From Phoronis australis (Eukaryota > Animalia > Phoronida): DNA of 64,000 nucleotides. Location: the NCBI GenBank assembly GCA_002633005.1, contig NMRA01000397.1, positions 1-64,000 on the forward strand, given 5' to 3'. This document shows positions 23,881 to 37,000 of this stretch, piece by piece. A program made the translations under genes and the position numbers. The notes under the pieces are model-generated. The model searched no databases. It saw only the letters and a program-made list of their open reading frames with translations, and was not told the DNA's origin. Position 1 is the stretch's first letter, and every line of letters starts with the position of its first letter.

Positions 23881-25286
23881 TTAAGTTAGCCAGAGAAGAT
23901 TTGTTTAAAACAAGATATTTGTTTTTGTAAACAACTGTTATACATGTATATTTTAGATGTTTTATCACCTAGGGAGAAGAAATAGGTAAAATTCACTGTG
24001 CAGGCACACACATACATTGGCTATGTCTCTAAATCCAATGCCTCTGTAACCGTCATAAATCAAATGTGGGTGGACCCACAAACTTTGTGTGGTGAAGCAC
24101 TGAATCATATGGCTGTACTCTGTATATACTACATTATGAGGTCAGATACTCTCAGTTCTGGCACCTACTATCAATTGGCCAGTGCACTGATGAGTCATCT
24201 GCTGGATGGATTCTGCACACGTGAGAACATGTTTTATGCAGAATGGTTGAATGGTGACAAGAATGAGAATGTTTTGCATTGCCTTTTACTAATAGCATAT
24301 TCTCTGCTAAATACAACATTTCTATTACTAGCATCACTAACTTTATCAGAAGTTGATGGCACAGGCAGATTGTTACTACATATTTTTGCTGGAAATTGAA
24401 ATACAGGCTTGACTGAAAAAAGGTTCAAAGCCCTTTATTGACATGAATGGACAGTCGTATTGCTTTGGGCTCTTTGGTTCACACAGTTCCCCCAGTAATG
24501 AAATTCTGTTATCAATGAACTGTCTGGTACACAGTGCAAATGGGGTAAACAAACCCTTACCATAGGACCAACGTTTACCAGGGCACTTCAGAACCTGAAC
24601 CTCTGCCAGTCCAAGTGGCTAAAACTTGCAATGTAGTTTTTGCACGATTGTGTTTATCAAATTACACCAATACATCGTGGAATGGCATCCTGATGCTCTC
24701 TTTACCCTACTTTCCTCTAGCAACCTGTTAATACACTTGCCATATTTTTCCTTAGTATTTGTGCCTAGTGGTCAGTTACAGTTCAGGTTCTGAGAATTTT
24801 TTGTGTGCGATGTTTTTGTGGTGCGTTGTGGTAAGGATTCCACTTCATGGCAACAGCTCTGCTCCCCTTGGTAAGGATTTGTTTCTTCTACCTGCACGAC
24901 CCAACTTTTAAACATCCTACAGGTAAAATTTCTAAGTTGGTTCTGGTGCATAGGAGCTGTAGTTAGTAGGGGCCTAAGAGGTGCACATAACCCCCAATGA
25001 TTGTGTTATGCATTCGAATTTCTATGATTTTTACCGAAAATTTTTACCTTTCTTTTTAATCTTCTGTGTACCAATGTGTTTTTGAAGAAAATAAAACTTT
25101 TTAACATGTCAAAAAGACTTTATTTTGCTTTTTAACACAATTCAGATGTTGCAGTCTCGGGTCCTAGCTTGTATTTGGACCCTCCAAAATGTTCTGTCGT
25201 GCAGTATCAAACATATGAATCAGTCATTAATCAGTCCAACACTCAACTAGTTTTTGTTCTTGTTGAAGTATTAAATTACTCGAACA

Positions 25287-25640
25287 ACAAAAGCAACATG
25301 AAGCACTGACATGCATCCTCACTGTGCATCGGAAACGGTAAACAAATAGGGGGTGCTCATTTTAAAATATTTCCATAGCAGTTGGGTTCATCCAAAAATC
25401 AACATCAGTCGTGAAGGCTTTAATTAGGAACAGGAAAAATTTTATGAAGATCCACCAAAGAACATGAAAGACAGAAAAGCTAACAACGACAATTCATTAA
25501 CTGCACCACAATAGTCGGATCCATCCAAAGATCAGCACCAGTCACGCTTTCCTCAATAGGAACACGTCAAATTTCAAAAACATTCATCAACAACCTTTGA
25601 TATTGGGGCAGATGCAGAGAAAACTAAAACTGCCATCAAG
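25287..25640 (-). mobile_element. Old degenerate HINE copy
   Basis: aacaaaagcaacatgaagcactgacatgc is the reverse 3' end, followed by decayed subunits. Confidence 0.5.
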
Positions 25641-26300
25641 TGTAAGGTTCGTCTCAACCTTTGAACTTTGAAACTTCCACATCCGGTAAATTAGTTAAAT
25701 TAAAGATAAAACTTATGTCAAAAACTCAAGCCACACTAAAGATCACTTTCCTGGAAAAGATTTGAGCAAATTATTGTTTTATCTTAAAATTAACTAAACT
25801 TTACAATTTATCAAGTCAATTTTTTTGGAATAGGCCCCCAAACACTAAAGAACTAGCACGTCTGTGTGTGTGAGTGGGTGTGTTTCATTTTTGTGAGTAG
25901 ATTTTAGAGCTCAAATGGGGGATAACAACATGTCCTTGGCAATAAAATATGGGAAATTACAACCTCGCACTGTAATACTCAACAGTATATGCCAAAAAAG
26001 GTATTCAGACAAAATGACCCAGAATTCCATCCTCATGACAGCCATGCAGAAGCCAAATTCATTGTAAGAGTAGTCTCCCCTGATGACTGAGTATGAAGAA
26101 GAATTAACAGAGGAAATACGTAACATGGCTAAGCCATTTTGTAATTAGCCTTAATGATTATTTCTAATCTAGTTAATTTTGCTGTTTTTTTGTTTTTTCT
26201 TTTTAATTTTGCTGTTGACAGAATTAGCCGTCATGATGGGGAAAACGGTATTTTGTCTGATTTTGTCTTGTAGACTATATTTAATTTCAGACATCCTTAA

Positions 26301-27704
26301 AGGAGAATGCCACCGCATTTAATTAGTCTTTTTTGCCGTCTTAATCGGTTTATAGCCACATCGCCTCGCATACAGTTGACCATCATCTCCGTGTCTGTGG
26401 CCTGCAGTCGTCGCGGGACAGTGCCTGACGAATGTCGGCTTACCAAATGGCTATCCATACCTTCCGTTGTCTGAGCTTGTTCACGGCGCCTCTCTAGTAT
26501 TTCTTCATCACTGTATTCCTGTTCGAACTGATAGCCTGTGATCCACCTGCAAAATCCTCGTCGGGATGAGCTCTCGTCTACTTCGGGATTGCGAGTTGCC
26601 ATGTTGGTGTTTATTACTGAGCGTTGTTTCAAAATGAATTATTCTCCCCCTTACAAATACTTTATATAAAACTGAAACAAAGTCCGTCTCATTAGATGCA
26701 ATTTGTAATGCCTTTGAAGTGTTCGTGAGTGCAAATGATTTGAGAAGTCAACAATGAATAAATCACTGCGTTACCGGCTTTGGGGGCAATAAAACCTCAT
26801 TGACGGGACACCAAGGCCGTGTGAGCTCATGCTAAGTCAGTGTTTGCTGACAGAAACTATTGTAAAACAACTCGATTTCTATCCCACGGCCATGTGTTAG
26901 GGGTATTTTTATTTACATTTTACATTATTCAAATAATGATTGTCAATGTACAACTTCTGCCCTGACGGTTCTGTGGCCAAAGCCGGGAACCTGAATTCGC
27001 GGCCCCCCACGAGCAAGTAAGTAGATTTGCAGTTCCACGGCTAATTCACCAACAATCACATGCACTTTACTTCTTTGGCTCACTAGTATAGTATTTTCTT
27101 GACTGGAAATATGGCTGGTTTATGTTCGTGATGTCTGATCGGTTCAGCTTCAGAGCCACTGGCCGGGATAACGAGTCAGTCCGGCCGCGACGGGCCTCAT
27201 CGGGCTCCAAGCCACTGGCCAGGATAAGCGTTTTGTGTGTTTAGAACTCAAAAAATTACAAGTTTAAAGAACACAGATCTAGGTTCTCCTGTCTGTATCT
27301 CACGGAAAAATACTTCAAATTTATCTCCAAACAGACCCCAAACTCCTGCTACGGACCTGATTTGCCTGGCAAACTATGTAGGCTACAGTGTGTCCAAACA
27401 CCCATAAACCCGTAACAGCGAAATAAAACAATGCGTTTTTATAAGAATTTGGTGTATTTTTAAGGGTTTTACATCGAAGTTTGATGATTTATTGGTGTTA
27501 AACGATGAATCCAAGCAATAAGCTGACACCAGTAACCCATATTGTGAACTGCTGAACAGACTGTGTGTGAAACCAATTACGTCATTGCATAATTTCAACA
27601 CCTCCGTCAGGTGTCAGGTAACGCAACCGTACATGCCCTTATGGAATAGAACTACTCGATCTAAATTGATACAGATTAGGTTGTTTTTTGGGTGGCATGC
27701 TCCT
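26301..27704 (-). mobile_element. Kolobok-type non-autonomous transposon
   Basis: TTAA TSD on both sides; TIRs aggagaatgccacc and ggtggcatgctcct. Remnant ORF MATRNPEV...YQFEQEYSDEE. Homologous and inverted relative to 30342-32364. Confidence 0.8.
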
Positions 27705-27766
27705 TTAAGGTATATTTTTAATTTTCAAAATTCACAGTTGTTTCAAGAAAATAAAAAAACAATTAG

Positions 27767-27772
27767 TTTATT
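27767..27772 (-). promoter_or_regulatory. Candidate RPP40 polyadenylation signal AATAAA
   Basis: tttatt on + strand, ~70 nt past the RPP40 stop codon. Confidence 0.45.
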
Positions 27773-27843
27773 GTAGCTGCTTTGCAACAAAAAATTGAGT
27801 TTGCAAAAAAGTTTCCAGGGCCTCCTGATCACATCCAGAACCA

Positions 27844-28036
27844 TCAAGAGCAAATATCTTGAGAACTTAAAGCTGTATACAGCCAGTAATCGTCATTAGG
27901 AAATATAATGTATGTATAAGTGTTATCACCAAAATATTGATATCCATGTTCTTTTCTTTGCCATGACACTGGGCTGTCGTAGAAACCGTGAACTGTTACA
28001 CTAGCCCATGGACTTTCGGATGTCTTCAGGAACTCT
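27844..28036 (-). CDS. RPP40: RPP40 exon 8 (last)
   Basis: Encodes EFLKTSESPWASVTVHGFYDSPVSWQRKEHG...DDYWLYTALSSQDICS*. Confidence 0.92.
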
Positions 28037-31000
28037 CTAAAACGTGAGAAATCGTTAAGTGTTAGGAGGCACACCAATAGCAACAAAAAAGTCTATAGCT
28101 GTTTCTCATCGAATATTATGCATCAGTAACACTTCAAAAGTTTCCTCTTTCAATTCTAGAGTGCACATCGCTAGTGACATTTAACAAAATTACGAAGCTT
28201 ACAAAACATTTGCTCAGATCTGCTGGCAGATTACTCCATTTGATCAAGATGTTCTCTCCCAACGACAGTGTTCTGCCATGGCAAAATATTTGATGTGAAA
28301 CTATTCCTAATGTAAACAAGAGCAACACAGAGCGTTGAAATGCGCCCACGATGCATCACAAATGGTGTGCTTTTAGGGTTGTTTATTTATGTCACAAAAA
28401 TGGCCACTAGATGGTGCAAAAACATACAATCCATCCAAAAACGGGAACATGTCATTGCTTCTTTAATAGAAAGCTATACACCAAATTTCACAGAAATCCG
28501 TCATGGAACGTCAAACAAACAAAGGAAAGTAGAATAAAATGAAATTGCCACTAGGTGACACATTGTTCATTGGATCCGCCTGAAAGACGTCACTGTCTGT
28601 TGTTAGCTTCATATAAACACACCTACTAATTAGATCCTGCAGTGGGTTTAAGAGAAACAGATGCCCGTAATCAAAATCTTATGAAAATCCATTGAGGATC
28701 TTTGAAGATACAGAGGTAAACGTAAAACTATAAATGTCACCAGGGGCACACCAGTAGTCATATCCATACGAAAATCGTCCTCCATTGCCAACATCATATA
28801 AACACACTTCTTATATTTAGTAAAGATTCTGCAAACGATTTAGGAGATACAGCCATGGGCGTAAAAAACGAAACATCCACTAGGAGGCGCCACAGTAGTC
28901 AAAGTCATTAGAAAATCAACGTCACCCGTCCACTTCATTGTAAAAACATACATGCCAATTTTTAAAATTATCCTGAAAGTGGTTTGGTAGATAGAGGAGT
29001 GGACGCCAAAAAAACAGTCTCAAAAACAGTAAATATGGCCACTACGTGTCACTAGGTCGAATCCATCTGAAAATGGAAAGATAGCGTCACCTCATTAACA
29101 GAAGCCTGTACACCAAATTTTATGAAAAAACGTTGAGGACCTTTGAAGATACAGATTGAGGTAAACGTAAAAAGAATGAAATTGGCGTCCCTCTGCAGTT
29201 AAATATGTCTACTGCTTTGTTTGTAGATCTAGTCCGTAGATTATAAGTAGTAAATTTAATTCTTTGTATAGCGAAATTTCATTTCTATAGACAAAGATTC
29301 CAAAATGCTAAGCCCAAATTTCAGTCATATTTACGGGAGGTTTGTGATTACTAAAACCTGGAAAAATTATTTATTATTACAAATTGGTTCCAGAGAGATA
29401 CCAGGCAAAGTAATTTTGATTTTTTTGCATAGTAATTATTCATTTAAAAGGTTCGATAGTGTTTTAATTTGTTTGATGCACTTGACTAGATTACATATTT
29501 CTGTACATGTATGTACTTGTTGGTTGAATTAATAAATGTTACCTCAAAAACGATGTCCGTTCCCACAATACTTCCATATAAAATGCATGCCTAAATAATA
29601 ACTTGAAGACACTCTTGTTTACCTGACTGTAGTAATAGTCTGAGAGATGTCATGAGATGAAATGTACCCTTGACTTTGATACGAGAGACATGGCATACTT
29701 GTATATGGGTCTGGGACGGTAGTTGAGCTGACAAAATCATCAACTTCTGACCTGAAATGCGTACAATATCCAAAGATAAAATATGATTACAGAAACTTCC
29801 AATGGAGAACTATCACAGTTTAGCACATGGCATCCACAAAAGCCACACACTTCTCAAACTTGAGACTTCTATATTTAGAAGAACTTGACAATTTGCTATA
29901 ATTACTTAGGTTTGCATTCGAGTCAGCCCATCCATATAGGCCATCTTAATATTTAAGCAATGAAAGGAACATGCTTGGTAGCAGATGGAGTGACTGCTAC
30001 AAGATCCTAAGTTTTGTGGCTTTAAAAATCTTGCATTCAATCAGTTGAACAACTATTACATATCAGACTATATTACAAAAGAAACTATCTAAGTGTCAAA
30101 TTGCCAATGGAGCCTGGAAGATTCGATACAGTTTACAGACTGGTATACAATGGTTGGTCATGGCAATGTGTCTCTAGCAATTTTACACTTAGGTTCACCT
30201 GAGTGGCAAAACACCTTTTGAGTAGAGAATAATGAGTTTTAGCCAGACAGACATGCTACTTTTGTTGAGGTAATTTTCACTAGTCGAATTGCTTTTACAA
30301 TGAAAATTGTTGTCAAAATACCATTACTCACAATGTATTAAAAGGAGAATGCCACCCAAGAAACAACCTATTTTGTATCAAATTAGATCGAGTAGTTCCA
30401 CTCGATAACAGCAAGAACAGCTGTGTTACCTAACACCTGATGGCAGACGGAAGTGTTGAAATTAACCAATGACGTCACAGGTTCGAATGCAGTTTGTTCA
30501 GCAGTTCATAACATACTTACTGGTGTCAGTTTTTCGCTTGAATTCACAGTTTTACACCAATAAATCAGCAAAATTCAATGTAAAACCCTTACAAATACAT
30601 TGAGTTATTGAACAGACGTGTTGTTTTATTTCCCTGTTACTGATTTTTAGGTAGGCCAATAAAAGTCGGTCGTGGGAGTTTGGGGTTTGTTCAGTGATAA
30701 ATTCAAATTATTCTTCCGTGAAATAATTTTAGACCTGCGATTTCTTTCAGTTCTAAACACAAAACACTTGCTATCCCGGCCAGAGGCTCGGAACCCGATC
30801 AGGCCCATCGCGGCCAGAAGACATCACGAACATAAACCAGCCAAAGTTGGAAACTAAACTTCCATTATGAAAAGACTATACTAGGGACCCAAAGAAATAA
30901 TGTGCACCTGATTGTTTTGGTGAACTATTCGCAAAACTGCATATCTTACTAGCTCATCTGGGGCCTCGAAGTCAGGTTACCCTTCCACAGAACCGTCCGG

Positions 31001-34000
31001 ACAAAAGTTGTACAGTAACATTGATTCGAATGATGTACATGAATATCTAAATAAAGATTCCCCTAACATCTGACCATAGGATATAAAATCGAGTTAATGT
31101 TTCACAGCAGCTTTCTGTCAGCAAACACTGAATTAGCATGCGCTCACATGGCCTCAGTGCCCAGTTAATTAGCTTTATTGCATCTAAACCCAGTAACGCA
31201 GTGATTTATTCATTGGTGGCTTCTAAAAAATTTGCACCCACGTACACTCCAAGGCACTACGTTGCATCTAATGAGAAGACTTTGTTTCAGTTTTGCATGA
31301 GCATGCATTAGTTAGGGTGAGAATACTTCATTTAGAAACAGAACACATAATGACATACGGCAACGTGGCAACCCGAAATCCCGACTTAGATGAGTGCTCA
31401 TTACGAGGACTTTAGAGGCCATCAGTTCAAACCAGAATACAGTGACCATGAAGTACTAAAAAGGCTCCGTGAACGTGCGCAGACAAAAGAACACATGGAT
31501 AGGTCAGAAAACCGTTTAAATGACTTGTCATGGTGTCACGATAATAGAAACGGCTGATGCTTGCGTTTGCTGCCATGAAATTCTGCAAGTGAACGCTTTC
31601 TTGGAGAAGAGCAGATGTGTCTCATGGACCATCCTGATTTTGCACCACATCTAAACAGAGATGTGCTTATGGCATTTTTTTAGGCCGCTGAGAAAAAGAA
31701 CTGGCGAAAACATCCTACACCCAGAGGACCAAACAGAAGCCTGACGAACAAGTCAGTCATAAAACAGGTTATTCAAAACATCATGTTCTTACGCCTTGAA
31801 TTAATTGTATGTTTTCATGGCCAACTACAATTATCCACAATCAAAAACTAATCAACAACTCATCCGCATTTCTATGTCTCCTGCCTGTCGAACGCAGACA
31901 CACCAGGCACAACATCTGACTTCAGCCGCAATCTCTTTTTCTGCTCTGGTATGAGCTCTTAATTTGGTAAAGCGGCATTCGATCGTCAGTGAAATCACTG
32001 TCAGCGAAATGCCGGCCACTGACAGACACGAAGAAGTTTCATGGCCTTATACTTGGCATTGATGGCGTACTTTTAATTCTTCACTACCACGAGCCACTTC
32101 CGAAGCATTATGGGCTCTCAAGGAAATCGAAAAAACAATGTACCCGCTTTCCTCACAGCTTCCTAGTTTGCACAAGCGGGAACGATACACCATAGCGGCA
32201 TTCACGCTGCAGAAGAACCACTGACGTCGCCTCGTCGTTTCTCATCTTTCTCACGGGTGAATGCGAAACCTCTCGGCGAGGTAAGATCGACCGTATACAA
32301 GGTGATGTGGATATAGACCGATTAAGACAGTAAAAAAAGACTAATTAAATCGGGTGGCATTCTCTTTAATGTGCAATGGCCTCCTTTTTCAATACACCAG
32401 TCTCTTAATAAACTTAACAAAATGCAACCAAAACTGTAAAGGAAAGCTGTATGCCTTACTTTATTATTGCAACTGCAGTTCTTCAGTCTCCAAACAAAAG
32501 AAATAGATTATGAAATAAACATAGTCCTGGTTTGTACCCCTCCCACACCAATTTTATTGGAACAACCCCCATAAGTTGTCTGAAAATTCTTGGTTTGAGG
32601 TTTGGAAATATCACAGTAAGATTGCCAAGTTGATGACAGAATAAACATGTTCCTGCTCAACGTAGTTATCACAACTTTATCTACCTCAGAGAAAGAATAC
32701 TGTAGTCAATTCATCTACAGAATGAACAGACAACGTTTTCTTACCATGTTACATCAGAAGCCACACCCCCTACCCACTCATAGAACTCATTATACGAGCA
32801 TGTGTCTCCACTATCGTCAGCGTCGCTGCAGATGACGTGAGGAACTTTTCGATTACTGGAGGTGAAAGTAGTTGAGTTATTTTTCCTGACTGACTCGTAG
32901 CCTTTACACGCCAGGTACACAGCTAGAGAACTGGAACAGATTGTGTCATCTGGAACATCATGGTAGAAATATAAGAGTGCTTTGTGGCAACACAGCAGAT
33001 TGGCAACATACAGTGTGCTATGAAAGTGGAGAAATATGTGATCAACACTAACATATGTCTTACCGTGGGGTATCCAGTTGCAGATCATATTGAACTTGAG
33101 TATGCACCTTGCGAGACACGATTTCACCCGCTCATAGTTGCTTTTACCCGGGACGAAATATGAAGCTGTCATGTCCAAAGTGACTACTGAAAAAGCATGA
33201 ATCATTAGTTTGTTATGTAATAATTCGCAAGCAATGATGTGCTTTCTGTCACACACAAATTATTTTGTGATTAACAATAACTGCAAAATACACACCATGT
33301 GCGTTAAAATTGTTTATCAAAACACCCTCACAAGACATTTAAAAGCTTTTATAACAAGAGCAACGCAAAGTGCTGACATGCTCCCACAGTGCACCGCAAG
33401 TGGTATCGTTCTAGGGATGCTTATTACTTTCATGCACAGAACAAGTAGCCAAAAAATTGACCACGAGGGGTAACTGCAACAGCAAGAATTGTCAAAAAGT
33501 GTTGGTACCTTCCCTTTTAAAACAAATGTAAAAGCAAAAAGATTAAAAAATGAACAGTAACGTCTTACAATGGAACCACAAGAAAGTAGCCAAAATATCT
33601 ACTTTGTTATTCAAAATACCTTTTCTTTATTTACAATTCAAATGTGTTTCTTCAGCCAAAAGAGAATATCATGATGCTAGTTAATGAATTTCAACTGAGA
33701 CATAGAATAGTAATATATTGTAGCTGTATTATCGAAACTACTCGCAATCTTAAAACCTGGGCTAAAGAACATTTAAGTACTGACAATAGTTCTCACATTA
33801 ACAACCACTTGCGAAGATCCAGTCCCTGTTATGCTGAAAGCACATTCAGCAAATGGCCATTCTGGATCAGACTGAAAAAACTACGGAACTTAAAATACGC
33901 GAGTCATTTCATATCAGCTGGCTCAGGCCTTAACTATTAAGCACCTGGCATACAGCAGGTTGTCACTGGTTTTATGAATTGTCATTGATGTTTTGTTGCT

Positions 34001-37000
34001 ATAATGCGTGCTGACAGCTCTACTGTACACTGTGTGGGTCAAGATTGTTAGATGGCCTAGAATAGTTTAAGAAATTAAATGAAAATTTCCCATTTGCACA
34101 ATGTTGTCAGCGAGTTATAGGTTACCACAAGTACATGAAAGCGTATTTTTTAAGAAAATATAAAAAATATAGAGGTATGTTTCAAACTGACTGTACTTCG
34201 GGAGCAAGTTTTCTGTTATACAGAATTTGTTGAATTCATTAGTCATTCTTTGCAGTATTTCACACCCGCCGTGTCTCACTGTGTGTGTCGTCAGCTTATA
34301 CTCTGTGGTGGCATTACTGCGTCATTTTATCTTCACTTGAGAATGAAACAAGTATGTTTCGAAATATCATGTATCTTTTAATTATGTTGCTAGGTCAGTT
34401 ACTGTATCTATGTTCAGTAGAGAGTAGAGTTTTGTTCAGAAAGTATGAACGCAACGGAATAAAGACCGTGAAAAATGAAAAGTGTCGTGCATTCAACAAA
34501 TTCTGTATGTTTCAAAGGGTACTTATCAACATCTTGTATGGTACAAGGAGACTACACATTGTCCACTAGGGCTCCTGGAATTGTCATAACTTGACAAAAA
34601 TGTGATGGAACCTTATCTTTTAAAAGTAACACCAAAGTAAAAAGTTCAAGTTGATAAAAAATGAAGTTTTAAACATTTTACGGCAATGAAGAAATGAAAC
34701 ATGCCACAAAAGGGCACAGCAGTAGGCAATCAAAAACTACCAGGTTCAGTCTACCAGCATTTCTTTTCATAAAAAACTTAAGTTTGTCCTTTTAACATGA
34801 TACATTTTTCTGGACAAAATGAGAGCAGTTGACATGTGCATGGGTATAATTGATCTTCGTAATTTTGGGAGGTGAGGAGGCTGCATGTTTGTCAAATCTT
34901 CTTTCACAAGCTACTACAAATTTTAAATGCTCCTGGTTTTCACAACAGAATTCCAATTGAAGAAGACCGTACAAGCCTGGTGAACAGACCTGCATCCATT
35001 CTTGAAAATATTTTACAGGGGTCTGCTTTATGAAAAGTGTCACTTAAGAATTGGATACAGAAATTTACTTCACAGAACGATTTCTGAAAAATTATTAAAT
35101 CTTATTTGAGCAGAAGTGCAAAGTCTGCGAGACTGTACAGACAACTGATAGTTACTGAGATAGTGTCTGAAAATTATTGCTAGACTGTGATGCACTCATA
35201 ATCACTTGGCTTAACATTTACTCAGCCATTTTGGAGTGGGAGTGTGAGACTAAATTTCTGTCTTAAGTTTTAGGTCACTTTCATGAAACGGACCACTGGT
35301 CATACAACTTTGTCTGTCATTTTTTTTCTTTTACAAATCAATGTTTCATATAGACACTTAACCCAGAAACTCACCTTGAACGTTATGCTCGCAGGAACAC
35401 ACAACGTGTTTCACTCGACGACAAATGGTCAGTTAAAACATTGGTTTAAAAAATACGATATCAGGCTCAAACTAATAGCATGACGATAACTATTTCTATC
35501 AACCACTCAGTCATTCATCACAAACAACATTATGTGAACAATAGCAACTCAGAGCGTTGAAATGCGCCCACAAATGCATTGCAAACCGTGTATTTCTAGA
35601 GTTGTTTATTTGTATCATAAACATAGCTCCTAGATGGTGCAAAACGTCTGAAAACAGAACATGCCACCGCTTCTTTAATAGAAAAAAATAGAATTTCAGA
35701 GAAACACAGGAAAACAAAAATAAGAAATTGCCACAAGGGGCACAGCGTCCGCCTGAAAGTTGTCGTCTATTGTTAGCTTCACGTAAATACAATTACTAAG
35801 TTTGATAAAGATCCTGCAGTGGGTTTAGAAGATACAGCCATGAGTGCAATACAAAACTACCAATTGGGGGCGCCACAGTATTCAAAGTAGTCATCGTTAA
35901 ACGTCCTCATCACTCGGAGAACATATACGCCAATTTTCAAAATCATCTTTAGAATGGTTTGGATGATAGAGAGGTGGACGCCAAAAGCCTGACATGGAAA
36001 CCATTTACTACGTAAGCCAACGCTGCGTGCATTATCTTACTCATATCAGGAAGAGATAACCAGGAAGGGACAACTGTTTTAGCGCATTTTAACGTGATTT
36101 CAAACGTGATTTCAAAAGTAAATGTTCAAGTTATCTGGAAGCCAAGCATTNCATGGTGGCTCGCGATTTCTGGTTCCGGCAGTAGGCTATCGCGTTTCTG
36201 AATCAGTGTAAGTGTTAGCCTACTGAACAACTGTTGTAAATGCTGACTCAGATCAATCCCCCAAACTGTGAATCTAACCTGGACCAGTCATGTACGCCTG
36301 TACGGTTGTACTTGTATAAAAGGTGAGTTAAAAGGGGTCTGAAAGTAAATTGGTGATTTTCTACACCTCACTAACACTGACTGTGTCTGTGGCTGTGGCC
36401 GCTTGAAATTCGACTTCAGTTCCAGAGTTCAGTCTTTTCATACCTAACTACTTTGGAAACCAATTGGACATAATGGTCCCTAGTTTTGAGAATGAGGCTA
36501 TCAATATGTTGTAATAACTTCAGTGCAGGTTCATTACTGTAGTTATACCTCACGAAGTCAGACTGAACATTAGATGATTAGTGAATAGTGTTGGCCAGGT
36601 GGAACACAACAGTGACAGCAAATGTCCAGACTTGACAAGGCGAATACACATGTTGTTGGTCACTTTATACTAGGGAAAAATGGGAAACGAACAACAGGAC
36701 TAGGACATGGTCGAATAAAATTGATGAATGTAACAACTGAATAACATACATATTATTCAGTGGATTAGACAGTGACCACCATCTCTAACTGGCCACAGCA
36801 TAGACAATGGCCATCGTCTGTGCTGGTGCAGCTAGCAGAGACGATGCAGCTCCTACAGGAGCTTCATACGCCAGAAGCTTTTTGGCGAATTATGCCTCGC
36901 ACTGACTATAACATCAAATTCATGTTGTTATAAATACATTTTGTGCATAGAGGGACACCTTAGGAGGTCATCGATGTATTTAATTCCTTCCAACTCGAAC

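Noticed and set aside
23998-24399. 133-aa ORF downstream of CENP-N
   Set aside because: GTG start, no recognisable domain and no supporting splice structure; likely 3' UTR or intergenic.
36960-37000. YIDD as a reverse-transcriptase active site (ELEGIKYIDDLL)
   Set aside because: Paralogous copies read KDIDSLL and DINVLL, and no other RT motifs flank it, so it is probably coincidental.
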